This document shows positions 35,601-48,089 of a stretch of DNA of 64,000 nt, in pieces (the stretch's first letter is position 1; each line of letters begins with the position of its first letter). The notes under the pieces were generated by a model. It made no database searches and was not told the DNA's origin. It saw nothing but the letters and a program-made list of their open reading frames with translations. Made by a program: the position numbers and the translations under genes. Origin of the DNA: Tricharina praecox (Eukaryota); NCBI RefSeq assembly GCF_024521635.1, contig NW_026250404.1, forward strand, positions 434,001 to 498,000. Direction: 5' to 3'.

Positions 35601-38022
35601 TTACCTCAGATGAGCACATCAGATGGGTCGCCCAAACCAGAGGCCAACAAAAATACGATAAGCCCTCTCATCCCCGGTACCAGTGCCATCGATGGAAACG
35701 ATCATCCACCAGCTTTACCTGAGCATATGTCTTCCGGTTTATCGCCAGTTCCGGAGGAAATTAAGTTGAATCCTATGCGTGTCGAGTCGTCCAGCCTGTC
35801 ACCAGTTCCGGAGGAAACTGAGGGGAACCATATGCGTGTCGAGTCTTCCAGCCTGTCACCAGTTCCGGACGAAACGGATGACGGAACGTTAATCCCTGGG
35901 CGAGACATATACCTCAAAGGGAAAAAGAAGGTGGAAGCAGAAGATGACGCTCCAGAGGTTCCTAAACTTGCCACTTCTATCGAGGTTGACGGTCATTTTG
36001 ATCCTTTCAAGAATGTCCGTGATGTAAAGGATGTTGAGAGCAAGAAGCAACCTACGCCACCAAAGCCGCCAGTAGTGCGTGAAGCTCCAATTAAGGCCAT
36101 TAGTCCTAAGGAGCTAGTCAAAGAGACTCAGACCGAGGAACCAAAGAAGCAGGGGATGCAGCAACCACAGATCAAGGAAATCGGCCAGATAGACCGTAGA
36201 GACAGCGAGGAAGAGCTAAAGGTCTCTCATTCTAGCTTCGTTGGTGATGAAATGGAAGGGTTGGAAGAGGGCGCCGCGGTCTCCAGGGATACGGACATGA
36301 ATATAACTCATGAGGCTCAGCTTAAATCTGAAGAGGAGATTGGTTCGAACCGTTTGTCCGTCGATATGGATGAGCCGGGTATTTATGATAACGCTCTAGG
36401 TGACGATGTTATCAGGTCCGACCGGCGTGGGTTACTCGTTGTTGCGGGTAGCGATGATGAAGACATCGTCATGGGCAATAATACTGAAATGGGGGGAAAT
36501 ATTACAACGGCTGCCCAGTCTGCAAATAGACGCACAAAAACGGTAAGATATATTTCCAGCTTCGTCGGGGCAACACTGATAAAATGTATAGGTCGATGAT
36601 ACTGGAAGCCCGTTCCCGAAGTCTATTTTCTCCCAGAATGACATGGAGAGAGCCAAGAAGGAGCCTACTGGCTTTCCAGCTCCGTCTCTTCCGATCACCA
36701 AGGGCGCAAGATCTCGTGCCCTTTCTTCTCAGTCGTCGTTCGGCTCGCAGTGTCCAATCGAAGAGGAAGGCAATTCACGGAAGACTGCAATTGACCTCAC
36801 GTTCGAGACGCCATCCCCAGAGATACAGCTGAGCTCGCGCCCGCCAATAGCAAGACTACTACGAGTTGCTACCCGGATCCAGACGCCCGGGCCTGGTAAC
36901 TTGACTCGCACCGAGCCAGCCATAAACCATTCGTTTGGTGGCAGGATGATCAAATTCGCGGAGTTGGCAAAATCTGCTAAAGAAATCCCACCGAGTATGT
37001 CACTAGCAGAAGGGCTCTTTACTTTTGATCCAAAACTGACATCGTATGTAGAGGAAACTCCGTCCACTCCAGCTCGTCGTCCTCACCACAGGGAGAAACC
37101 CGTCAAAGCCGCCAAAAAATTGACGACTATTATTCACGGGGATTCTCAGAGAGCCTTGGGAGACGGACCATCTCTGTTGGAAATTCTAGAGTCAAAGCGG
37201 ACGACGAAAATCAAGGAGAAACAAAATAACGAAGTGAAGATCGCAGAAAAGAAGGTGGAATTGAAGCAGAGCAACGTCTCGACAGCCCTAGGTGAGGTCG
37301 ATCCACAAGACCGATTTAGTTTAGATATTAACTGTCTTCCAGGAGCTCAGACCACCACCACCAGGGTCAGACGTTTGTTCGAATCGCCCGGTTTCATTGC
37401 TGTGAGAGGAAAAATCCCAACCCGAGGGCCCGTGGGAAACCGGGGCAACCGTGGGGGAGATATATCCTATGACGGTGACGATGAACGTGGGCCAAGGCGT
37501 CGCTACAGCAGCAATTTGGACGACTCCGATTCGGACGAGGAATCTAACAGGTATTCTTCCGGTGAAACAAACGAGGATTCCAACTGGCGTGCCGAGCTGC
37601 CGGATTACCACAAGAAGACACTCAGTGTGCTTGATAAGATTGCCAAAGTAAGCAAGCATCAGACCTTCGTAAAGGAGTTTTGATAGCTAACAGCACCAAA
37701 GCATTGGATTCGCTACCTCATGTCTGGCGAAGAGAAGGCCCGTGAAAGCATCGAAGGGTATGAGAAACTCACTAACGAGGTGGTTTTGAAACTCAAGAGT
37801 GCGCACTTGCAAGAATACAATAACTTCAAAATGAATCTAGAGCTCTTCCGAGAGAAGTTCATCGCCGAGTGCGAATTGACCAGACAAGCGTTGGTTGTTA
37901 CTGTGCAGAAGGAAACAGTGGGCCCGTCCCTTGACCGGGTGAAGCGAGAGCTCGCGGAACGTCACGATGAACAGATGAGTGCTGTTCAGAGGCTGAGGGC
38001 TCGGATGGCCAGTGTCTGTTGA
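32605..38022 (+). CDS. Large (~1,730 aa) protein: folded N-terminus, long S/T/P/K/E-rich disordered middle, C-terminal coiled coil; candidate meiotic axis-core protein
   Basis: ORFs join in frame through canonical introns (approx. 32697-32750, 33441-33499, 36543-36591, 37648-37700). The gene model is well supported; the function is inference only (see findings). Confidence 0.8.
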
Positions 38023-38072
38023 GCAGGATTCGTGCTGATGCATTTTTAGATGGATAACTGTGGTCTTTACCT

Positions 38073-38166
38073 TGCTGCGTTTGATGGTTTACTGCGTTTG
38101 ATGGTTTGCTGAAATTTGATGATTTAGGTACTGCGTTTGATGATTTGCTGAAGCTTGATGACTTGC
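38073..38166. repeat. Degenerate tandem repeat (CTGCGTTTGATGGTTT / GCTGAAATTTGATGATTT) downstream of the large orphan gene
   Basis: Several imperfect copies read directly. Confidence 0.8.
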
Positions 38167-38754
38167 TCCCTTTATTGCTTACGGATTGATTTGTTGATTT
38201 GATATTCCCAGATTTGCTTTTCATACGGTCCTGGATTCGTTGGTATGTACTTAATCTACGGTTACGTTACAGGATGATAGTCTGTTTGCTCGGGGGAGAA
38301 TTCTCGAGAAATACTCCGGGCAGTTGTAGGGATCGCGGCTGCGGTTTACGGGATTGTATTTTGTTGATGTTTTTGCTGATGTTTTCGTTGATCATATCCA
38401 CACTGAACTGAAATGATTGTACGTTTTTAGTTACTGGGTAAACTTCAGCCAGACGTATTCACTGTTTGTCACTCGCATAGTCTTAGAACATTGACGGGCA
38501 TACAAAATTTTTGAGGCATCCGTAGTAGTCGATGAGATGGGGTGGATTGTCATTGACGTTGGTTTGAAACACCTATTCGAGCTGACGGTGGTATCTATGT
38601 GGGCTTCCGGTGAGGAAGATTGACGTTTAGTCGAGTTGGAGTTGACGAGCTCGTCCATCTCCTCGCTTAACCGTAGCGGCAGCACGGACCACACCCCTGC
38701 CTTACCCATTGGCGGGGTCTGTTTCCTCAACAGCCACACCTCAATCCACAGCAA

Positions 38755-40208
38755 ATGCTCCGCGCCATAACGTCCATCCTAAGCCCACCCACGTCTCCCA
38801 CATCGCCAACCTTCCCCCGCCCGCCCATCGAAATCGAAATGTCGACGCCCGTGCGCCCCGTCCTTGACAAGAAGCGGCACGTGGACTACTGGCGGCGCTG
38901 CCTGACCACGCCGCTGCCGTCCGACTACATCCCGACGGACCTGAACCGCATGACGCTCGGCTGCTTCAGCGTCGGCGCCATCGACCTGCTGGGTGAGCTG
39001 CCGTTCCGCACGTCGCCTGAGGACCGCGCCTGCTGGGTCGAGTGGATCTACCGCTGCCAGCTGCCGTCCGGCGGGTTCCGCGGCAGTCCGGCCACTGACC
39101 TCGGCCCGCTACGCACGGAGAGCAATGCCGTCTGGGACCCCGCAAATGTCAGCGCGAGCTTCTTTGCCGTCGCGACGCTCGTCAACCTCGGTGACAATCT
39201 GGAAAGGGTTAAGAGGGCGGAGCTGTTGAGCTTGTTGCCTGAAATGCAGAGGGACGATGGAAGTTTTTGCGAGAGTATTGTAGATGAGCAGCAGGTCGGC
39301 GGCAGGGATATGCGGTTTCTTTATATGGCGGTTGCGCTGCGGTGGTTCTTGAGGGGGAAGGAGGGGGAGGGATGTAGTGATGTGGCGGATATCGATGTGC
39401 AGAGGACGGTGGCATATATTCAGAGGGCGCAAACGTATGATGGCGGGATCTCGGAGAAGCCGTTCGGGGAGTCGCATGGTCTGTTCGTTGTTTTTTCCCC
39501 ACATGCAGATGGTGTGAGGCTGATGGTGGGTAGCCGGGATGACCTACTGTGCAGTTGCGGCACTGAGCCTGCTCGGACGGCTCGATGAGTCTTCGATACA
39601 GATCGATCCGCTCGTACGATGGCTTGTGCACCGCCAGGTGCCGTTTGAGCGGAAGGACGAGATGGATCAAGACGACTGGCAGGACATCCTCGACAGCGGT
39701 AGTGAGGAGGAGCAAGTGGATGGTCGGAAGATCGAGCTAGGGACGGACGGGAGACCGCTTTGGGGTGGGTTTCATGGGCGGTGCAACAAGAAAGCGGATA
39801 CCTGCTACAGCTTCTGGATTGGGGCCAGTTTGGATGTGAGTTGGCCTGCTGTGATTAGAGTGCTGGGCGAGCTGGGCTGATAAGGGCGGACAACAGATGC
39901 TAAAGAAACTCTACTTGATCGATATCAATGCCAATCGTAGGTTCTTGCTCGAGAAGACGAAACACATAATAGGCGGATTCATGAAATTGCCTGAGCCTGA
40001 GGGTGTTCCGGGTATGTCACATATCGGTTCATAAGAAAGGAGCATTGCTGATTTTAGAAAAGACGTGTTGCATTCGTTCTTGGGGTTGGCAGCATTGGCA
40101 CTTATGAGAGAAGAAGGGGTAAATCGTCTGGAAGCAACTCTGGCCATCAGCCTGCAGGCGAAAGAGCGGCTCATGGCGTTGGATTGGTGGGCCGAGGGGC
40201 GGTTATGA
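38755..40208 (+). CDS. CDC43: Geranylgeranyltransferase type I beta subunit
   Basis: KKRHVDYWRRCL...LP..Y...DLNRMTL, GGFRGSP, DMRFLYMA, QTYDGG...ESHAGMTYCAVAAL, GFHGRCNKKADTCYSFWIGASL, DVLHSFLGLAAL. Three introns. The start could instead be the downstream ATG at 38839. Confidence 0.9.
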
Positions 40209-40278
40209 TAGGAGCATCGTTCCTATGATATCAAGTGTGGCTTTAATAATAGTGATATCCAGGTCTACATAGTACAGT

Positions 40279-41683
40279 CTACTTCTCTATATATCTATCT
40301 TCAAACACAAAACCCAACTCCTCCATAGTCAATGCCTTCTTACCGGCCTCCCCAAATGCCTTCTTGATTTTCGGCACCTTCTCCCGCACCCACCTTTCCC
40401 ACTCTCTCCACCTAGCCGGCTCCAATCCGCCCTCTCCTTCGGCTTTGTCAATCATCGCCTCGATCCCATTCAGATATTCAACATCCCACGGAAATCCAAA
40501 ATAATGAAACGGTCTGCCGCTTCCTTTCTTCTCCACCTCCCCTTTCTCCCACATCTCCATCTCCTCCCTCGCGGGCAATTTCACTCGTCCAGCATAAACC
40601 CCTGCCACCCAAGCCGCCTGACTCTGTGCCAACGGGAACGGGATAACCTTCGTCGGCAGCCCCAAAAAGCACAGTGTAGGATCCCGCTGGCAAAACACAT
40701 GCTGGAACGTCTCGGTCACGCGCTCACCGCGGGGCGTAACTAACCGCAGCTCCTCCGGGAGGAACGGCAGCGTGAAGAGATATCCCGTCGCGAAGAGGAT
40801 CACGTCCACGTCCGCTTCCACGGCGCCGTCCACAAAGGACACAGTTCCGTCCGGGTGCAGCGCCGATATCTCAGGGAGGACTTTGATGCCCTCAGGAGGC
40901 GGCGTGGTGGACGCGGCCGGAGAGCGGATCACCTGCAGTAGTGGTCCCTGAACACATGGAAGCAGCTGCACGGCGATGTCGACGGCTGATGCGGAGTTCC
41001 CAATGAGCAGTACCTTCTTCCCATTGAACTCCTGCGGAAGCCGAAAGTTCCGGGAGTGTACGATGGTGCCTGGGAAGGTGGAGAGCCCCGAGAGTGGCGG
41101 GATGTACGGAGTGTTGTAGTGGCCGGTGGCGACCATTACGGCGTCATAGTGGGTGGGTGTGGGGGTGCGCGAGGTGGTGAGCGTCCATCCTGGCGACGGG
41201 GACGATGGGACGATGGAGAGTACTTGGGTATTGAAGTTGATGGAGGAGTGGAGGTCGGAGGCGTAGGCGCGGAGGTAGGAGAGGACTTGGGTGTGGTGGG
41301 GGAATAGTGGAATGGTGGAGGGAAAAGGGTGCTCGGGAAAGCTCATCAACGTTTTGGGGATGTTGGTCTCTAAATCCGAGCGATCAGAAAGCTATATCGA
41401 AATGACGTATATGGAGGGGGAATGTACCAAGGTTATCGTATATCGCAGAGATATATTTCCCACTCTCATCCGGGCGTTCGACGACGTTCGGGTCCACCGA
41501 GGGAATATCTGTCGGCTTCGTCTGCGGGGTGTAATTCCATACCCCGCCGACGTCCCCACGCTGCTCATACACGTCGATGGCAGTGAAACACCCCTCCTCC
41601 CTCAGAGCACGCGCGGCAACGAGGCCGCCTGCTCCTGCACCGACTATGGCGACTCGGCGGATCGTGGGAAGAGTCGTCATCAT
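40279..41683 (-). CDS. FMO1: Flavin-containing (thiol-specific) monooxygenase, Fmo1-like
   Basis: FAD motif VAIVGAGAGG, GGVWNY, YDNLETNIP, ATGHY, FMO fingerprint FPGTIVHSRNFR and NADPH motif IGNSASAVD. One intron. Confidence 0.9.
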
Positions 41684-42221
41684 GTATGTCACTCGCTTGG
41701 ATAGTTAATAAAGTCGAATTGACGCCCGGGGAAAACACGCAGCGCAACGGTTGGAGGAGGGGCATCAGATATGTCAGGGAGGGAAGCTCACTCTTCTTCC
41801 CCCACCCTTCAGCCAGGCATCCTCGGCAGACATGGTAGCGGACAAGGGGAGCAAGGGAGAAGGGAGGGCATACATGGGGACAGAAGAGTGAGAGATCACC
41901 GGAGGAATCTACCCTCCGACGGTCTTTGGACGGCAGAGGTGGTGAGATTAAACCCCCCACCAGGGATCCGCCAAGGCCCTGTATGCAGGGATCAAGAGGA
42001 GAGGAAGTCTGCAGGGGAGGTAAGTAGACGAGAGCTGTCCCTCCGTGGTGAAGTTCCCTCGAGGAGTCGAAGTTAAAAACCCCGCCCCCCTAAAAACATA
42101 TTCTACTCTACATCTCCTCTCCATCACTCACTCATCCATCCGTAAGCAAGCAATCAATCAAGCATTCAATCAATCAGTCACTCAATCTACCAAAAAGCTT
42201 ATTCCTCCCGCCAACAAAATA

Positions 42222-43173
42222 ATGTCCATCTCCGTCCACGATCAATACCCTCCCCTCAATGACCGTCCCATCAAGAACACTGTGTGTCTCTTCGATGTCG
42301 ACGGCACTCTTACCCCCGCTCGCCGCGTACAATCGCCTCGTTCCCCAAAACGAAGCTCAATGGCTGATTAACTTTGACAGAGCGTGAGTCCGGAGATGCT
42401 GGCGCTCCTCCAGAAGCTGCGCAACAAGGTCGCAATTGGCTTCGTCGGCGGCAGTGACCTGGTGAAGCAGCAGGAGCAGCTCGGTGTCAACGGCGCAAAC
42501 GGTATTCCCCCGCCCCGCCCTCCACAAAACCCCCACCCAGCTAACATCTCCACCAGTCATTGACATGTTCGATTACTGCTTCGCCGAGAACGGCCTGACC
42601 GCCTACCGCCAGGGTGTGGCCCTTCCTAGCAACAACTTCGTCCGCTGGCTCGGCGAAGAAAAGTACAAGGTGATGGCGAACTTCATCCTCCACCACATCG
42701 CAGATCTCGACATCCCAGTGAAGCGTGGAACCTTCATCGAGTTCCGCAACGGAATGATCAACGTCTCTCCCATCGGCCGCAACGCCAGCATCCAGGAGCG
42801 GAACGAATTCGAGGCGTACGACAAGATTCACGGTGTACGGAAGGAGCTCGTCGAGAAGCTGAAGGAGAAGTTTGCGGATTACGGCCTCACCTACTCCATC
42901 GGTGGACAAATCTCGTTTGATGTGTTTCCCCAGGGCTGGGATAAGACGTACTGTCTTCAGCATGTCCAGAAAGAGTTTGAGACCATCCACTTCTTTGGAG
43001 ACAAGACGTACCAGGGTGAGTTTATTCCTCCGCCCAAGTGAAGGGATGACTAGTGACTGATGAATGCAGGCGGAAACGATTACGAGATCTTTGAGGACTC
43101 GAGGACTATCGGCCACACGGTTACGAAGCCCGAGGACACGATCGAGGAGCTGAAGAAGCTGTTTGACCTGTAG
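42222..43173 (+). CDS. SEC53: Phosphomannomutase
   Basis: [68 protein letters not shown] and [15 protein letters not shown]. Three introns. Confidence 0.96.
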
Positions 43174-43686
43174 GCTGTAAACAGCGGCAATGCATATGGA
43201 AGGGGCGCACCTAGTAAAGTCTGTCTGCCGTGGTTGGTAAACGTGCTACATTCTTTGCGAAAGCAAGCAGGTAGTTTAGTCACGTATAGCGTAATAGAGA
43301 CCGGCGGTGCTCAAACATGAAGGACCACTGGGCGGGCATGCTCGAAACCGCGTGCAAATCAATGATGCGTTAATGAAATCGTGGCCACGGTGAGAAAACA
43401 AGAAATTAGAAAGAAAAATGTATCAAAGCGAAGCAAATAATCATCCTCTTTCCGTTAAAAATGTAGTTGCCTCTGATATGCTCTGTTGATACATTTCCGC
43501 ACTCTTTGGCCAAGTCGCTGTCGCGGTCGCTAGCTTGAGCCTCAACCGTCGACAATTCCCGCTGTGCCGAAACCCACCACCACTTGCTCATTCACCAATC
43601 CTACCCGACCCGTCCGCCGCATCCTCAACCTCAACCAAACCCTTCGCCTGCCACCGAATCAATCACCCCCACAAACATCAATCAAA

Positions 43687-44057
43687 ATGGGTATCATGGA
43701 GAATATGTTCGGCAAGAAGTTTAATACTCCCATCAGTACGTTTCGTTTTCCCGGGGCGGCGCGGGGAGAGCGTGGGGGCTAATAGTGAACAGTGAAGCCG
43801 ATGGCACCGTTCTTTGTGGCCGGTATGTCGCACCGGATGGTAACGAAAGGGAGGGGACGCGGGAGCTGATGGATCATACACAGGCATCGTCGTCTTCTAC
43901 GGCATCAACAGCTTTGCCAATCTCCTCGCGAGCAGTACGTTCCCTTCACGGTCATAGCGACGCTGGGGCTGGGCTGGACTGGACTAATATGGGCGCAGCC
44001 GACGAGTTCAAGAACGACCCCCGCAACCCCGCCGCGAAGAAGAACATCGGCCATTAA
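43687..44057 (+). CDS. ATP18: Mitochondrial ATP synthase subunit i/j
   Basis: Four short exons splice to MGIMENMFGKKFNTPIMKPMAPFFVAGIVVFYGINSFANLLASTDEFKNDPRNPAAKKNIGH. KF.TP...P..PFF.AG and EF.NDPRNP are family hallmarks. Confidence 0.9.
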
Positions 44058-44989
44058 GTGGTGGATGTCGGTGCGGCGGAGGACTGGTCGCGACCTGGGC
44101 CGTGATGGTGGTGGAGGTGGGGAATGCCTCGGTCGCTGTATATCAACTCGAATGCAAAATGAAATCGATAGACTACTTGATTCGCTTGATGGTCGGGATG
44201 GCGGGCTGCGGATTGAGGGGGTGAATGCGATCGTTTGCTTGCCATGTTGGCGTCGGGCGGTGCAAGTCTTGTTCCGTTTGTCGGACTGTCTGTAGAGTAA
44301 CCGCCCGCGCTCCTCGCTTGCCTCCCCGCTCGCCGTCCAATGACACGGACGTGCAGCCGTGAAGACACTCGCATCGCGGTCGATCGTGATGAAGAGGGTT
44401 CGTACTAGCAAAAGAACACTTCTTTTACCTCCTCTTCCACATCAAGTCAAAGTTAGTTCGATTCTACATACTTGACGCAAAGCCATCCAATTACCGGTGG
44501 CGATGATTTCCTTCTTCTCGGCGTGTAAATGCGTCCATAGGCGGGGCCAAGTTACTCGCACTCTCATTCTCACTCACTGCGGCTCATCACCGCTGAATAA
44601 GGGAGTGGTCGATGTGGTCAGCAGCCCTCCATCACAGTTGCCCCCCCCCACCCCTTGCTTGGCTGCCTTTAAAAGCCCCTGCTCGCCTTTTGCCGCTTCG
44701 ACAACCCAAACCAACCCCCAAACCCTTCCACCCCCCAACCAAACCCGTCCAACCCCCCCTCCCCATCACATCACATCCCAGCTGCCTCCTCCTTCTTCTT
44801 CACAGCCCACACTATTTTCGATCGTCGACTACAAAACCACCTCCACCACCAACTCCACACTTTACTTCTACACCACTACTACCACCACCCACTTACACTA
44901 CCAGCGACACAAAAGAACCGCAGTCTTTCCTACAACTACATCCACAACTACACCTCTTCCCAAGCGAACCCCCCGAGAATCCGTAGTTT

Positions 44990-45694
44990 ATGTCCATCGA
45001 AAATCTCAAGGTTAATGGTGAGTCTTACTTCGTGCTCTGTTCTACTTGGTCGTATGCGTTCATCGCTGCCTCCTCGACCTCGCTCTCTTTGCGCCACTTT
45101 CATCACCATCACCACCCCCGTTCAGGGTTGACATCTTACCTCTCCCCCCACTCATCTCGATTCGAGCTCAGCTTCGTCACGCGATGAGCTCGCTCGTTAA
45201 TCTATTCATCCTTTGATAGCGATGTTGATACTAACGATTGTTCCTATGTGCAGATCCTTTCGCCGACGACGTTGGTGATACGCAGCCCAAGAATTACGTT
45301 CATATCCGTATTCAGCGTTAGTGCCCTGCCGTCGTCTCATGTTCCTCACGTGTCGCTAACAGTATCGTGAACAGAGCGCAACGGTCGCAAGACGTTGACG
45401 ACTGTCCAAGGATTGTCCAAGGAGTACAGCCCCAAAGCTCTTCTCAAGGCCTTCAAGAAGGAATATGGTTCGTCTCCTCTCCTCGGCTTCCGCTCTTCAT
45501 CCACCTGATCGGCCCCCACTAACTGCGACACAGCTTGCAATGGCACCATCATCCAAGACAAGGACATGGGCGAGGTGATCCAGCTCCAGGGGGATCATCG
45601 CACCAAAGTGATGGACTTTCTCACCGATAAAGACAAGGCCAAGATGGGCAAATACGCTCTCCAGAAGGATCACATCAAGATCCACGGATTCTAG
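44990..45694 (+). CDS. SUI1: Translation initiation factor eIF1
   Basis: Spliced MSIENLKVNDPFADD...NYVHIRIQQRNGRKTLTTVQGL...KKEYACNGTI...GEVIQLQGDHR...IKIHGF. Three introns. Confidence 0.96.
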
Positions 45695-46500
45695 GGAGCT
45701 TTGCTAAGGGCAAGCCGGGGCTGCATTTGTGTGCGCCTTGCCGACTTACCTTTTTTAACCTCTTGGTATTGCGTTGCATTGTCTTTTCAAGAAACTTGTA
45801 CTTTACTACTACTGCCGGTACTGGTCTGATTTGTGAAAGATGATGTTATGTGTGCGGGGGGAGTAGGAGGGTGGTTGGGTGGTTGTGTTGTGCTACTCGG
45901 TTTGAAACTTGCGTGTGCGCACGGAGAGGTGGGAACTTTTTGTCCTTCTACTACTACTGTTACTACTGTTGCTACTGTTGCTGTTCGGTTGGAAATGTCG
46001 ATACAATTGTAACGGATGACTTGCCGCTGTTTACTACTATACTCCGATACCTTTGCGTCATGGTGGGCTGTGACTCCGACGTGGGGAATACTTGATCTTG
46101 GTCCTGATCTTTGATGTGCTGCTGCCTTGCGCGGAGCCCTTTCCGATAACCTTGCCCTGCCTACTTGCTTTGCCTGCATGTTCAGCGCTTTGACGCATGA
46201 GCAAATTATGCCGCAGTCGTACACGGACTGTCGTTTACGCTCAGCCACGGAAGGTGCGAGCACGGCCTTACTTTATTGACTTCGCGTCACTCGGGTTTTG
46301 ACTTCAATGCTCCCGTTCGACGATATTCTAGATTCTATCGGGGGATGAGGAAGCGCTGTCTAACCACCGTATTCGGCGGCCTGGGGGACAGGCTCGGGGG
46401 TACTTGGAACTCTCATGGCCGAATGTGGCCATAATACGGAATGATGGGACAAAAAAGAAGACCCAAATCCTATTCACCGCACAAACCCCCTCGGGAACCC

Positions 46501-47788
46501 TCAGACCACAATCGACAGCCTAACGTCCCTCCTGCCCAGCTCCTCGGCCTCTTCAGGAATATTCCACCACAGGAAGACGCCAAACCTGCCCAGCTCCTCC
46601 ACGTCCTTTTGCCACCACATGCCCGCAATGATGTTTCCGCCGGGCGTCACAACGCCGCCATACTCCCACACGGGACTCACGACGCCGTTGGCATTGGTGT
46701 ACTCCTTTGTGCAGCGCACCTGCCCCCATCCACGATCGTTGCGAGTGATGTGCCCGCGCACCAGCTGGAACGACGCGAAATCTTTGCCGAGCCCGCTGAA
46801 TGAGGTGGGGCTGCTGGGGGAAATGGTGAATTCGCTGAAGAAGGCTTCGCTCTGGTCCATCGGGAGGGTGTCTCTATAAACTACTCCATCGTCAACACAC
46901 ATACATCCCTATCAGAGAGGAGGGGGACCTACCATACCCACCCAACCACCTCCTCCCCAACCCTTGCGCCCCCGCCGCATCCGCCGCCTCACTCCCCACC
47001 TTCCAAAACCCCGGCATCTCCCACTTCTCCAGCAATCGCCTCTGCCAGAACACATCCCCGCCTAGTAGATGAGTCTTAAACCCCCGCGCGATACTCGCGG
47101 CCACACCGAGCTGATCCCTCAACGGCCCGCGCGTGAACGTCCTCAGCGCGGCGTTACTATGGGGCATGGGGGTGACGGGGGGCAGATGCGGCAGCAGCAG
47201 CAGCGCCAGCTCCGCGGACCTCGGCGGCAGCCGGTGGATACTAGGCAGGGAGGAGAGGAGCGCGAGTGTGTTGACGTGCGTGGCGCGGAGACGCGGGCGG
47301 ACGTGTGCTAGCAGCTCGAGGTTGCGGGAGGTGAGCGTGGACAGCGCCGTAGGCCGCCGGGGGCGGGCGTCGAGTAGCATCGAGAAGACGATGTCCTCCT
47401 CCGCCGAGGATTGGAGCTGCAGCGAGGATTCCCGCTCCTCTGGAGAGACGGCATCGAGCGCGGAAGAGATCCGGTGCAGCAGCTGGTGCCGCGAGCGCAC
47501 GGCGGCGGTGTAGGAGTACCCGCGGCGGACGGAGGGGTGCGGCGGCTCGTAGAGGGCGTGGAATAGCCCGCGGAAGACGAATTGATCTGAGTAGACGGCG
47601 GCGTGGAAGTGGCGCGAGACAACAGAGAAGTTTGTTATATCGCGGGCGGTGGGGAGGGTTGAGGCGATTAGTTTTAGCAGCTATGTGGGTTAACTGGAAG
47701 ATTGCGAAGTGGGTGGTGGAGTGGGTACTTCGAGTGGGAAGGTGGAGAGTGTTGATGTTGCCGTTGTGGTTCGTAGTGGTTCTGACAT
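46501..47788 (-). CDS. Fungal F-box protein of unknown function
   Basis: Spliced N-terminus LSTFPLELLKLIASTLPTARDITNFSVVSRHFHAAV is F-box-like. C-terminal WEYGGVVTPGGNIIAGMWW...GVFLWW. Two introns. Confidence 0.7.
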
Positions 47789-48089
47789 CTTGATGTTTTG
47801 CGGTCGGTGGTAGCTGTTACCTGTATGCGACAGCTATGGATGTGGATAGAGGTCCGGCATGGATACGCAAGTGGGGTTGATTGATCGTCATTCAGTACGG
47901 GCTAATATCATACCGAGTGATAGTAAAAGTAAACACGAGTCCGTGGTTATCTACTACAGCTCACTGCTCTTCACGATTCTCTATTGCAAACACGCATCCA
48001 TCCGTCCATCACCTCAAACAGTAGCAAAGGACATGTAAACGGCTATTATTCCCCACAGCAAGAAACCAACAATTATACGGACACAACTT

